19,579 nucleotides of DNA from Elainellaceae cyanobacterium (GCA_051117555.1 JBNPEG010000155.1:1-19579), one strand, 5' to 3'; positions 1-9,189 are shown, counted from the stretch's first letter. Program-made: numbers and translations. Notes: generated by a model from the letters alone, not told the origin.

Positions 1-1
1 G

Positions 2-232
2 CAGCGTCATTTCGGGCACGATGGTGATCCCCATTCCTTCCTGCACCATGGCAAAAATTGTTCTCGAATCGACCACTTCAAACTGAATGCGAGGTTTGAC
101 TCGCGCGTGCCGAAACATCTGCATAATCGCAGGTTTGCATCCTGCATTTGACAGGATGAATGGGACGTTCGTAAGGTGTCGTAATTCAATCTGGGTGTGC
201 TGAGCGAGGGGATGCGTGAGGGTGGCGATCGC
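2..232 (-). pseudogene. C-terminal fragment of a LysR-family transcriptional regulator (substrate-binding domain); 5' part missing, runs off the window edge
   Basis: Not in the ORF track because it has no start. Manual translation from 232 downward: AIATLTHPLAQHTQIELRHLTNVPFILSNAGCKPAIMQMFRHARVKPRIQFEVVDSRTIFAMVQEGMGITIVPEMTL. This has the LysR PBP2 pattern HPLA...I.L..L...PFI and P.I.FEV....TI.AMV..G.GI.IVP. An in-frame TAG (233-235) lies immediately upstream, at the HIP1 site. Confidence 0.85.
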
Positions 233-461
233 CTATCTGCTCTACTTTTCACTCATCCGCAACGTCGGTGCAACCAATACCCTGACTGTTGCGCTGCTCA
301 TCCCTATATTTGGCGTGCTTTGGGGCTTCCTATTTTTAGATGAGCCGCTCAGCATCGGCACGTTCGTTGGCTTAGCCCTCATTCTGTCCAGCATCGTTTG
401 GGTTGCAAATCTGCGTCTCAGAGAACGCTTCTATGCCATGTTTTCATCGGGTTTACGATAA
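225..461 (+). pseudogene. C-terminal fragment of a DMT/EamA-family transporter (last 2-3 TM helices)
   Basis: AIAYLLYFSLIRNVGATNTLTVALLIPIFGVLWGFLFLDEPLSIGTFVGLALILSSIVWV is the typical end of the second EamA repeat. In-frame TGA at 201-203 upstream. Only about 78 aa versus about 300 aa for a full EamA protein. Confidence 0.85.
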
Positions 462-583
462 GGGATATGAGAATTAATGGCGTATTGACCGGAAGAATAA
501 AGCACTGCGATAAAGCCCTCTACTCTCAATCAGAATACGTCTCCGCAAGACCTCGCCTAGCATCAGAATCAATGACCGAACCC

Positions 584-1291
584 TCATGCTCCACGAAGCT
601 CATCATATTTTGCTCGAACTGCCTGGATATCTTGCCACATCAGCCACTTAGGACTTCCCTTCTCCTTAGACTGATTTCTTAACAAATAGGCAGGGTGAAA
701 AATCGGCATGCATAACCGATCCTCCCACTCCATCCACTGTCCGCGAATTTTGGTAATGCCTCGCTTATCACCGATGAGCCCTTTCACAGACGATGCGCCG
801 GTCAAAAGAATGATTTTGGGATCAACCATGCGAATCTGCTCCATCAGATAGGGACGACAGGCATCCATTTCTTGCTGTGTCGGAGCCCGATTTCCCGGTG
901 GGCGACACTTCACGATGTTGCAGATATAAATGTCTTTTTCGCTGTCAAATTTGACGGATTCAAGAATTTTCTCTAAGAGCTTTCCTGCCTTGCCAACAAA
1001 GGGAAGCCCCGTTTCATCCTCATTCTGCCCTGGACCTTCTCCAATAATCACAATATCTGCCTGCGGATTACCTCTGCCAACCACCGCATTTGTGCGACCA
1101 GCCGCCAGTCCGCAGCGTTGACACTGGTTGCAGTGCTTCACCATCAGGTCTAAATCCTGATACGTTCCTGACGGAATCGGCACTTTGACATCCGTCGGTA
1201 TTAAATCTGGATTAATGTCTTCCGGAGAAGGCGCTTCTTCGGTAGAGCCAAATAAATCAATTTGCTGGTTATCTGCCATGGATTCAGACAC
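584..1291 (-). CDS. udgA: Uracil-DNA glycosylase family 4 ([4Fe-4S] type)
   Basis: CxxC (CQRC), GEGPG motif A, KCRPPGNR, later Cys (DACRPYL), HPAYLLRN motif B. The start may be GTG 1291 or ATG 1279. Confidence 0.93.
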   Translation of the reverse strand: MSESMADNQQIDLFGSTEEAPSPEDINPDLIPTDVKVPIPSGTYQDLDLMVKHCNQCQRCGLAAGRTNAVVGRGNPQADIVIIGEGPGQNEDETGLPFVGKAGKLLEKILESVKFDSEKDIYICNIVKCRPPGNRAPTQQEMDACRPYLMEQIRMVDPKIILLTGASSVKGLIGDKRGITKIRGQWMEWEDRLCMPIFHPAYLLRNQSKEKGSPKWLMWQDIQAVRAKYDELRGA

Positions 1292-1500
1292 AGGAGAACG
1301 GCATTAAACACCCTGAAACGCATGCGTCATCGAATGCATACTCTAAATTTAGAATTCAGCCGAGTTTTGACAGCAGACGAATTCTTAGAGGTAATAAGCA
1401 GGGCACTATGGAAAAAGTGTATTGGATTCTAAATCGAATTGCTAGGCGAGGTCATCTCAAGTCGCAAAGGCACGCCAATCCGTCAACGAATTGGGAAATA

Positions 1501-1520
1501 TTAAATCGAATTAAATCGAA
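1501..1520. repeat. Tandem duplication TTAAATCGAA x2
   Basis: ttaaatcgaa ttaaatcgaa directly after the hpsP stop; a further TAAATCGAATT copy lies near 1430. Confidence 0.7.
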
Positions 1521-1522
1521 AA

Positions 1523-2725
1523 TTAAACGTTCGATTTTTCCAGAATCATGTGGTATCTCTGAACAGCCTGTCGAGCGATCGCCCTCCAACCGTAATGTGC
1601 TTGGGCATATTGTTGAGCATTTGCCCCTTTTCGCTGCCGCTCGTCTGCGCTGGATAGCGCGATTTTTAATTGATCAGCTAATGACGACGGGGTACATTCA
1701 CATATCCAGCCTGCATCTCCCCGTTGCACATCAGGGTAGATATGAACCTGATCTGAGATTAAAACAGGCGTCTTAGCCGCCATAGCTTCAGCAACGGCAA
1801 TCCCAAAGTTCTCATAATACGACGGCAACACAAATACATCTGCACGTTGGAGCAGTGCTGCTTTGCATTCCCCTGAGACAAATCCGGTGATAGTCGTGCG
1901 CGTTGCTAGGGGCGACGACTGGATACTATGACGAATAAAGTCTTCATATGCCGGATCTTGAGGATTAGAGCCTGCGAACACGACTTGGAAATCATGTCCA
2001 TCGGTAAAACAGGTTTCTAACGCAGGGATCAATAAATCAAGTCCCTTTTTGGGGTCAATGCGAGACATGAAGAGAATCAGCGGCCTATGAGGCGAGATGG
2101 AAATGCCAGCCTTAGTAAGCACTGATTGGGGATCGGGCAACACATTAGGTAAATCAACTCCTAGCGGCAAGACCCAATCGTGGGTTTTTAACCCAAATCG
2201 TTCCGAAATGGTTGCTTCTTGTTTGCTAGTGAAGTGAATGGCAGCGGCCCCGGCTAGATTTGGACGTTCTAACGCGGTTGCATACAGTTGTTTGAGCCGC
2301 CGTTTTTTGCGGAGATCCGCAGGGTCAAGCGTCCCCAGAGGGCGCAAAATGTAGGGCAAAGCATGAGAGCGGGCGATCGCCGCTGAGAGACTGCTCACGG
2401 GAGAAAATAGCGCGTGAATATGGGCAATATCATATTCTTTGGCGTGGCGCGTCAGCCATTGGAAAAGCCCTAGAGAAAACTTATAGCGGCGAAACGGAGA
2501 ACAATGAAAATAGTGAATCTGATATCCATCTTGCTCGACTGGGCGATCGAGCGGCACATCCAATGGAACCTGGCCTGTATCCCCGTTAGAGTCAGTCGTG
2601 AGAATCGTGACCTCAGCCCCTTCATCTGCCAACGCTTTAGAAAAGCCCAGCACCATCTGACTGGGTCCGCCATAGACCAGAGAAACTGACGGAACAATCT
2701 GAAGAATTTTGAGAGACGGTATCAT
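1523..2725 (-). CDS. hpsP: Hormogonium polysaccharide biosynthesis GT4 glycosyltransferase HpsP
   Basis: N-terminus KILQIVPSVSLVYGGPSQMVLG, plus HIHALFSP, RPLGTLDP, RIDPKKG and PSYYENFGIAVAEAMA (EX7E). Position downstream of hpsL/hpsN fits. Start moved to ATG 2725 because the longer ORF overlaps the upstream gene. Confidence 0.85.
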   Translation of the reverse strand: MIPSLKILQIVPSVSLVYGGPSQMVLGFSKALADEGAEVTILTTDSNGDTGQVPLDVPLDRPVEQDGYQIHYFHCSPFRRYKFSLGLFQWLTRHAKEYDIAHIHALFSPVSSLSAAIARSHALPYILRPLGTLDPADLRKKRRLKQLYATALERPNLAGAAAIHFTSKQEATISERFGLKTHDWVLPLGVDLPNVLPDPQSVLTKAGISISPHRPLILFMSRIDPKKGLDLLIPALETCFTDGHDFQVVFAGSNPQDPAYEDFIRHSIQSSPLATRTTITGFVSGECKAALLQRADVFVLPSYYENFGIAVAEAMAAKTPVLISDQVHIYPDVQRGDAGWICECTPSSLADQLKIALSSADERQRKGANAQQYAQAHYGWRAIARQAVQRYHMILEKSNV

Positions 2726-2819
2726 GCTCAATGGGTGGGCTGACCACTGCGATGTCTGAGACATTCCAACGATGTAGAACGTCAGGTTGACTAATGTCTT
2801 ATCCATACATGATTTTGGA

Positions 2820-3995
2820 CTACACCCGTAAGCATTCAAAGACAGCCTGCTCAAAGATGTTACAAAACGTTGATTCTGTATAGTCTGCGGCTCTAGCTTT
2901 CGCAGCATCTCGATACGACCGACGCTGTGCCGAATCAGTTGCCATTGTGGTCATACACTGGGCGAGATGCTCAACATTTCCACACTCAAATACCAACCCG
3001 GCAGGAGGGTCTGCCATCCAGTCTGGATAGGAGCCCGTGCGATCGCTCAACAGGAGTGCCGTTCCTGAAATTGCGCCATCGAGAATGGCGTAGGGCCACG
3101 GGTCCATTTGTGAGGCATGCAAAAGCACATCAGCGGCTTGCAAAATTGCAGGAATCTTGCTCTGATTGCGAAAACCAAGCCAAGTAACCCGATCGTCAAC
3201 GCCTAATTGCTGACTGAGGGCTTTGAGTTCGCCTTCGAGTTGCCCTGACCCTAAAAACCAAAGTTTAATTGGCAAATCGGCGATCCTTGCCAGCGCATGA
3301 ATAGCATCAGCCGGACGCTTACGCGGTTCTAGCTTGCCTGACATCACAAATACGGTTTCATGGGTAGCGGCCCCCATATCTGCGCGGAAGCGCTGCCTTG
3401 ACGCCTCTGTATCAAACGCAGTTACCCGAAACACTTGGGAGTCAGACACACATGGCACCCAGATAAGCTGATGATCTTTTGCCCCATTACTTTCCCAAAA
3501 CTCCCGGTTTTGCCGTCCTTGATACATCACCGTAGACGCGTTCCCCGTAACCGGGCGGACAAGCTGACGGCGTATCGTCGATTTCCAGCCCGTTTTTTTG
3601 CCAATATTGTCGCCATCACAACGAATCAAATAGGGCACCCGATGGCGGATTGCCCACCCCCATCCTTGAAGCTGAATCGCAGTCGTATAGCCATTTAGAT
3701 GAACGACATGAGGATCAAACTCGTGGAGTGCCGTGTCAAGATAGCGACTGCGGCTATTGAGAAGTGGCCCATGAGGACGCTCCGCTGAATCAGGCAGCAC
3801 ATATTCAGGAAACGAAGTCTCGTGGCGATTATCCCAGCTAATCTTGCGCCCAAATCCCTTATCTTGAAAATTTGCCGTCTCGTGGGCATAGATGGCTTTG
3901 ACATCAACGTTGCCTCGCTGATGCAGTTCTTCCAATAGATTTGTAAAATATTGAATTCGGTGGGTCAGAAGCCAGACAACGCGCGGTTTCTCCAT
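2820..3995 (-). CDS. Glycosyltransferase family 4 (GT-B), not recognisably HpsO
   Basis: 391 aa; THRIQYF...DKGFGRKISWD N-terminus, SGKLEPRKRP, LGFRNQSKIP, and HASQMDPWPYAILDGA (DX7D in place of EX7E). Upstream GGAG/AAGG RBS, 11 bp after the hpsN stop. Confidence 0.9.
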   Translation of the reverse strand: MEKPRVVWLLTHRIQYFTNLLEELHQRGNVDVKAIYAHETANFQDKGFGRKISWDNRHETSFPEYVLPDSAERPHGPLLNSRSRYLDTALHEFDPHVVHLNGYTTAIQLQGWGWAIRHRVPYLIRCDGDNIGKKTGWKSTIRRQLVRPVTGNASTVMYQGRQNREFWESNGAKDHQLIWVPCVSDSQVFRVTAFDTEASRQRFRADMGAATHETVFVMSGKLEPRKRPADAIHALARIADLPIKLWFLGSGQLEGELKALSQQLGVDDRVTWLGFRNQSKIPAILQAADVLLHASQMDPWPYAILDGAISGTALLLSDRTGSYPDWMADPPAGLVFECGNVEHLAQCMTTMATDSAQRRSYRDAAKARAADYTESTFCNIFEQAVFECLRV

Positions 3996-4006
3996 CCTTG
4001 CACTCC

Positions 4007-4984
4007 TCAGCCCTCTCGCTCGTGACGACTATAAATCTGTCCGTCATCCCAAACGGACTGCGTTAACGTCTTTAAGGTGCTCATCAAGCCTAAGAAATAG
4101 AACGTGCCCCGCGTCAGAATTTTGATGGGCGAACCACTTTTGTGGCATGGAGGACGACCCAGCACATGACAGTCAAACAGCCGAGTAGAGAGGCGCAGAA
4201 ACTGCCACGGGGTCAGGTTCTTAAACGCCATCAAGAAATGATTGTGATAAAAAGTGAACTGATACTGGAGCGATCGCGTGCTGATATCATGACACCCTCC
4301 GCTTTCCTCTCCGAGGTGAATCAAATAGGCCTCTGGGTCATACCAGATAATATATCCAGTCTTGCGAATTCGCAGACAAAAATCAGACTCTTCTCGTACG
4401 GCACTGCCGCGAAACCGTTCATCGAACCACAGTCCATGTTTGTTAAAAATATCTCGGCGAAACGACATATTGCACCCCCGCGCCGTTAAGACTCGTTGAG
4501 GCTTCACCGTGTGCACCAGATTAATGTAATACCAGGCAATGCCAGGGTTCATCGCTTGAGGGGGTAGATACTCAATTTCCAACCCTGGTTCAAAGTCAGA
4601 TAGTTTCATGCGATCAAACACTCGACCTGCCACGACGCCAACCTCAGGATGATTGTGAAAGGTACGAGCATGAGCTGATAAACACCCCTCCGGCATCTGC
4701 ACATCGTCATCAATAAATAGAATAATGTCCCCGTTTGCATGACGCACACCATAGTTACGGGCTCCAGGCAAACTCGCCCAGTCCAAGCGAAACCAGCGGA
4801 TTTTATGGTCGACGACTAATCGTTCGAGGAAGGCTTGTGTGTCAGAACTGTGAGTTTGCGTTTGGTCAATGACCAATACCTCAAAGTTGGCATAGTCCTG
4901 TTTGAGAACATCAGCTAGGGTGTCGCACAGCACCTGTTCTCGACCGTAGGTGGGAATGATGACAGAGATTAAGGGGGAGACCAC
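4007..4984 (-). CDS. hpsN: Hormogonium polysaccharide biosynthesis GT2 glycosyltransferase HpsN
   Basis: ISVIIPTYGRE, SLPGARNYG, FIDDD (DxD), RGCNMSFRR, FDERFRGSAVREESDFCLR, C-terminal WDDGQIYS; adjacent to hpsL. Confidence 0.88.
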   Translation of the reverse strand: MVSPLISVIIPTYGREQVLCDTLADVLKQDYANFEVLVIDQTQTHSSDTQAFLERLVVDHKIRWFRLDWASLPGARNYGVRHANGDIILFIDDDVQMPEGCLSAHARTFHNHPEVGVVAGRVFDRMKLSDFEPGLEIEYLPPQAMNPGIAWYYINLVHTVKPQRVLTARGCNMSFRRDIFNKHGLWFDERFRGSAVREESDFCLRIRKTGYIIWYDPEAYLIHLGEESGGCHDISTRSLQYQFTFYHNHFLMAFKNLTPWQFLRLSTRLFDCHVLGRPPCHKSGSPIKILTRGTFYFLGLMSTLKTLTQSVWDDGQIYSRHEREG

Positions 4985-5052
4985 AGGCGATCGCTCCTTT
5001 TAGAGCAAAAAAACATAGATTAGGAGAGGGACGCATCTTTGAAACAAGACTG

Positions 5053-5076
5053 TGCATTACAAATATGCATTACAAA
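5053..5076. repeat. Tandem repeat TGCATTACAAA x2 (13-bp period)
   Basis: tgcattacaaa-ta-tgcattacaaa in the hpsL-hpsN spacer. Confidence 0.7.
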
Positions 5077-5135
5077 ATGGAGCGACAGAACTGATTCAAT
5101 ACTCAATATGACTCAGCATCTATGCAACGCTTCAT

Positions 5136-6806
5136 TTATGCAAAACTTCCGGTCCGTTTTAAGCGTCGTCGTTTCTTGCCTTTACGTTGACTCTTATTTT
5201 CGTCTACGTCTTCGTCTTCGTGACGATCCAGTTCGGGAAGTTTGAGCACGACCCCTGCAAAAAACCAGTAGTAGACTGCAACTGGGTCAACGTCGAGGGG
5301 ATAGTAGTAGGTGTTGTAGCTGATGAAGAGGACATAGACCCAGAAAGATGCTCCATAGCTGCGCAGGGTGCGATCGCGCACTGAGCGATACGCCTTGAAC
5401 GTTTGGAAGGTTAGCGTGGTAACTAACGCGAGAAAACACAACAAGCCCAAGGGCCCAATCTCATATAGCACCTTCGGATAGTAGGTTTCGATCAGCTTGG
5501 TTGTTCCTAACGCTCGCGCTGCATTGGTTGCTCGCCCCAGCCCGTTACCAAAAATACCGTTTTGCTCTTTGGCAACCCACGTAAATTGATCAATGATGAA
5601 ATCTTGCGGAGGGGAGGCTTCCCACCGCGATTGAAAACTATCAAACCGTTCCTGCATTAGCTCTGGGTTCCGAGCAGCTGCAAAGCTCAACAAGATACTG
5701 AGCACGACGGCAATTGGAATAAACCGCTTGAGATTTGCAATTTGCCCGGTCAATAGTAGGAGTAATACAACTGCAACAGGTACAAGCGCTAGTGCAACTC
5801 GCTGACCCGATAGCACGGACATGACAAACACTGACCCCATCGCAATCAGCCCGATCGTTCGCCATCGTGCCTTCGGATCATTGAAGGCACACGCAAAGGA
5901 AAGAAACCCGGCTGAAATCAAAAACCAGCCCCATTGCCAAGGCGCGACGAATGTTCCCGGAAGGCGGATTTGATTATGCTGCGGACTGTAGAGGAGCGAG
6001 CCTCCGACAAAGCAGCGCGCCTCCAAAGACGCCTTGAATAAGTCGGAGCCTTGTTCAAATTGGGTGCCTACACAGATCCCGTTTTTAAGGAAGAAATATT
6101 GAACAAACGCAAGACCGCAGCAGACCAAAATCAGAATTGAGGTAAGGCGAGTCAAGAAGAATAGGTCTTGCTTGTTTCGAATCAAATAGTAGGCACACAC
6201 GATTAGAGGCACATATCCAATTAAAACCTTGAGCCCCAAGATACCGAGCAAAATAGGTTGTTCGCTGCCGTCACTGCTCAATTGTTGGCTGCCATTAACC
6301 AGCAGTAAGGTCACAAAACAAACCATCAAGAGCGCGCTCAGCGGAACCATCAAAGGTTTGCAAACGATGATCGGCAACCGTTCTCGTCGGCAATATTGAA
6401 TCACTCCGATTAAAGCAGGAATGTAAAATCCATCCTTGGCAAGCTGCAACAGTGGATTATTGCCAATAGCGTAGGTAATCGTGCCGCCAAAGGGCAAGTA
6501 AATCAAAAAGGCCCAAAGCGCATATCGAGGATAGCGAAAGGACAAGGACGTGTATAGAACGCCGACTCCAGTGCCGATCCCTGCTTTGGGATCAATGGTT
6601 AACCCAACCAAGAAGCCAATTAACGCTGAGAAAAAAACTGCAAACGTTGTAAAGCTGATAATTTCTTTACGGAGGCGATCGCGCTTTTTTTTCTCAGCCA
6701 ATCGCTCTTTCAGTGTCGGAGCAGTTTTTTCGAGTTGATTTTGCTTAGATTTTGCGTGTGATTTCGACTTAAATCGTCGCCTTGACCCCGAGCCTGCGAT
6801 CGCCAT
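5136..6806 (-). CDS. hpsL: HpsL, multi-pass membrane protein (Wzy/O-antigen polymerase-like) of hormogonium polysaccharide synthesis
   Basis: 556 aa with many TM segments; motifs FLIYLPFGGTITY, LQLAKDGFYIPAL, IRLPGTFVAPWQW, GLGRATN, ETYYPK, SYNTYYYPLDVDPVAVYYW; basic N- and C-terminal tails. Confidence 0.88.
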   Translation of the reverse strand: MAIAGSGSRRRFKSKSHAKSKQNQLEKTAPTLKERLAEKKKRDRLRKEIISFTTFAVFFSALIGFLVGLTIDPKAGIGTGVGVLYTSLSFRYPRYALWAFLIYLPFGGTITYAIGNNPLLQLAKDGFYIPALIGVIQYCRRERLPIIVCKPLMVPLSALLMVCFVTLLLVNGSQQLSSDGSEQPILLGILGLKVLIGYVPLIVCAYYLIRNKQDLFFLTRLTSILILVCCGLAFVQYFFLKNGICVGTQFEQGSDLFKASLEARCFVGGSLLYSPQHNQIRLPGTFVAPWQWGWFLISAGFLSFACAFNDPKARWRTIGLIAMGSVFVMSVLSGQRVALALVPVAVVLLLLLTGQIANLKRFIPIAVVLSILLSFAAARNPELMQERFDSFQSRWEASPPQDFIIDQFTWVAKEQNGIFGNGLGRATNAARALGTTKLIETYYPKVLYEIGPLGLLCFLALVTTLTFQTFKAYRSVRDRTLRSYGASFWVYVLFISYNTYYYPLDVDPVAVYYWFFAGVVLKLPELDRHEDEDVDENKSQRKGKKRRRLKRTGSFA

Positions 6807-6940
6807 GAACCATTCCCAAATGCGTCAACAACGGTTTTTGCTTAATTTGCTCCATCTGTCTCAGGGACACTAACATCTCCCCACGACAGGATGCACTCTA
6901 TAAAAAATCCAGTTTATGTTGAGTCTATGAAACTACACGC

Positions 6941-7014
6941 CAATAATGCCCAAACAAATGGGCATCTTTATTGACTCTTTGTAATCAGGAAACAGTTCCT
7001 CAACATGAAGGAAC
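6941..7014 (-). terminator. Two hairpins downstream of serS (possible terminator or 3' stabiliser)
   Basis: caata-atgccca-aacaaa-tgggcat-ct-ttattg (6941-6973) and gttcct-N8-aggaac (6995-7014). No strong U tract. Confidence 0.4.
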
Positions 7015-7015
7015 G

Positions 7016-8299
7016 TTACAGAATTTCGCGCCCTAAATACGGCTGTAACGCATCTGGAATCCGTACCGAGCCATCGGGTTGCTGATAGTTTTCGAGAATG
7101 GCAGACATCGTGCGCCCGACCGCCAACCCCGATCCGTTCAGAGTGTGCACAAACTGGGTGCCCTTCTTGCCTGGTTCTTTAAAGCGAATATTGCCCCGAC
7201 GCGCTTGAAAATCTTTGCAGTTTGAGCAGCTCGAAATCTCTCGATACTTTTCGGAGGACGGCAACCACACTTCTAAGTCATAGGTTTTTGTGGCAGCAAA
7301 GCCTAGATCACCGGTGCAAAGCTCGATCACCCGATAGGGCAGCTTCAGCGCCTGCAAGATTCCTTCTGCATCGTGGGTCAGGCGTTCGTGCTCCTGATCA
7401 GACGCATCAGGATGCACAAACTTATACATTTCGACTTTATTGAACTGGTGGAGACGAATCAGCCCTCGTGTGTCACGTCCATAACTCCCCGCCTCTCGAC
7501 GAAAGCAGGGCGTAAACGCGCAATAGTGAATGGGAAGATCGTCAGCGGAGAGAATTTCGTCTCGGTGAAAGCTGGTTAGGGGCACCTCAGCGGTAGGGGT
7601 GAGCCACAAATCGTCGCGATCGCACTTAAAGCTTTCGTCTGCAAACTTAGGCAACTGACCCGATGCGGTGAGAGAGGCAGTGCTAATCAGAAAAGGGGGC
7701 ATCACTTCCGTATAGCCCGCTTGAGTATGGCAATCGAGCATAAACTGAATCAGTGCTCGTTCGAGCGCAGCTCCGGCTCCAATCAGAGTCACGAAGCGCG
7801 TCTGAGCAATCCGAGTTGAGCGCTCAAAGTTCAGAATCCCCAACTTTTCGCCAATTTCCCAATGAGGTACCAGGTCTTTAGACGAGTCTGGGAGATAATC
7901 ATCCCCCCATCGACGAACCTCTACATTGTCGTCTTCGTCGGCTCCAATCGGGGTTGAATCGCTCGGCAAATTGGGCAGGGCTAGTAGGATTTCATCTAGC
8001 CGCGCCTTAAATTCTCTCTCCTGGGGCTCTAGAGTACTCAACTGCGCCTTAATCTGGTTGCCTTCGGTTTTGAGCGCTTGCACCTCATCACTTTGCGGAT
8101 CGACACCAGATTTCATTTTCTGACCAACGGCTTTACCAATCTCGTTACTACGAGCCTGAAGCTGCGATCGCTTACTCTCTAGCTCTCGCTGCTGTCGGTC
8201 AATCTCCAGAATCGGCTGCAATTCGTAGCCTTCGCCGCGCAAATTTAGGCAGGCTTGCACTTTATCCGCGTTTTCCCGAATCTGCTTGATGTCTAGCAC
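7016..8299 (-). CDS. serS: Serine--tRNA ligase
   Basis: (M)LDIKQIREN start (GTG 8299), coiled-coil arm, PTAEVPL, motif 2 [28 protein letters not shown], motif 3 [12 protein letters not shown]; 427 aa. Confidence 0.98.
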   Translation of the reverse strand: MLDIKQIRENADKVQACLNLRGEGYELQPILEIDRQQRELESKRSQLQARSNEIGKAVGQKMKSGVDPQSDEVQALKTEGNQIKAQLSTLEPQEREFKARLDEILLALPNLPSDSTPIGADEDDNVEVRRWGDDYLPDSSKDLVPHWEIGEKLGILNFERSTRIAQTRFVTLIGAGAALERALIQFMLDCHTQAGYTEVMPPFLISTASLTASGQLPKFADESFKCDRDDLWLTPTAEVPLTSFHRDEILSADDLPIHYCAFTPCFRREAGSYGRDTRGLIRLHQFNKVEMYKFVHPDASDQEHERLTHDAEGILQALKLPYRVIELCTGDLGFAATKTYDLEVWLPSSEKYREISSCSNCKDFQARRGNIRFKEPGKKGTQFVHTLNGSGLAVGRTMSAILENYQQPDGSVRIPDALQPYLGREIL

Positions 8300-8445
8300 A
8301 GTATCCTCTATGTTGGCGCTCGCCCACTCAACTCTTACAAGGATATACCCCTTGCGGAATGCCTGTGCAGGATTTTGAACGAACAATTCTAGAGCCTAAC
8401 CAACGTTGAGAATATGGCCGAGACTCACGTCGGAGACTGAGACAA

Positions 8446-8637
8446 TTAGTAAGCTTCGCCTTGCTTTTCCTCACTCTGGTAGTGCTTGACAATTGCCCAA
8501 ACGGCGTGGATGCTTCCTGGCAGCCAACCCAGCAATGTCAAAAGAATGCTAATCAGCAGCGTTGAACTGAGCCCGTAGGTTAGAAAAATGGCTACAGGGG
8601 GAACCAAAATTCCAAGAATGATTCGTAAGAGTTTCAT
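8446..8637 (-). CDS. YqaE/Pmp3 family small membrane proteolipid
   Basis: 63 aa, ILGILVPPVAIFL...ILLTLLGWLPGSIHAVW, two TM helices. Confidence 0.93.
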   Translation of the reverse strand: MKLLRIILGILVPPVAIFLTYGLSSTLLISILLTLLGWLPGSIHAVWAIVKHYQSEEKQGEAY

Positions 8638-8642
8638 ATCTG

Positions 8643-8678
8643 ATTGTATTGAATGGATCTAATTCTATTCAATACGAT
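8643..8678. promoter_or_regulatory. Inverted repeat immediately upstream of the yqaE-like start codon
   Basis: GTATTGAAT (8646-8654) and ATTCAATAC (8667-8675) form perfect 9-bp arms, extendable to 11/12. Confidence 0.5.
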
Positions 8679-8733
8679 AAATCGACTTGAAGACGTCCCT
8701 CTGTAGACCTATAAACGATGCCTTAGGTATCAA

Positions 8734-9189
8734 TCAATTAGACGATGGAGACGGGCTAGCTTGGTAGCCAAAGAAATCGATGCGGTAGTCTGTAATCCGA
8801 ACGCCCGTTTGCTGCTCGATTTCCTGAATCAAATCATCCGGTAATTTCACGTGAATGTCCATGATTTGATTGGTATCAAGACAGTTGACGTGGCTATGGG
8901 GATCGCTGACATTGCCATACAACCGACCATCAGAGCGCTCAATACACTCAATGATGTCTTGGCTCGACAGGGCTTCTAAATTCTGATAGACCGATGTATG
9001 CCCAATCTCTTTGCCTTGCTGATTGAGGCGGTCATAAATTTCTCGAGCAGAGAGATGCTGCTTTTCTTGCCAGAGCAGCTCTAGAATGAAGCGACGCTGC
9101 TTGCTCACTCGCATCCCATGAACCTGACATCGCTCTAATGCATCCTCTAGAGATCGAATTGGTTTTCTTGCAGCCACTTCACCTTGCAT
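8734..9189 (-). CDS. furC: Fur-family regulator, FurC/PerR type of filamentous cyanobacteria
   Basis: PIRSLEDAL..C...GMRVS.QRRFILELLW, HLSAREIY, IGHTSVYQNLEAL, HSHVNCLDT. It lacks the structural CxxC pairs, as recalled for Anabaena FurC. Confidence 0.85.
   Translation of the reverse strand: MQGEVAARKPIRSLEDALERCQVHGMRVSKQRRFILELLWQEKQHLSAREIYDRLNQQGKEIGHTSVYQNLEALSSQDIIECIERSDGRLYGNVSDPHSHVNCLDTNQIMDIHVKLPDDLIQEIEQQTGVRITDYRIDFFGYQASPSPSSN

Noticed and set aside
7..252. 81-aa minus-strand ORF in the track
   Set aside because: Wrong frame. The protein-like sequence here is the LysR fragment in another minus-strand frame.
1408..1776. 122-aa plus-strand ORF with ATG
   Set aside because: Mostly antisense to hpsP, partly built from the TAAATCGAA repeats, and has no recognisable motif.
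2726..2908. N-terminal extension of the hpsP ORF
   Set aside because: It overlaps the upstream GT4 gene, and family similarity begins at KILQIVP.
6809..6817. GGGAATGGT upstream of hpsL as a SigJ box
   Set aside because: Two mismatches and only 2 nt from the ATG, too close to act as a -10 element for this start.
8300..8386. N-terminal extension of SerS or a T-box leader
   Set aside because: SerS homologues begin at MLDIK, and no T-box consensus is visible.
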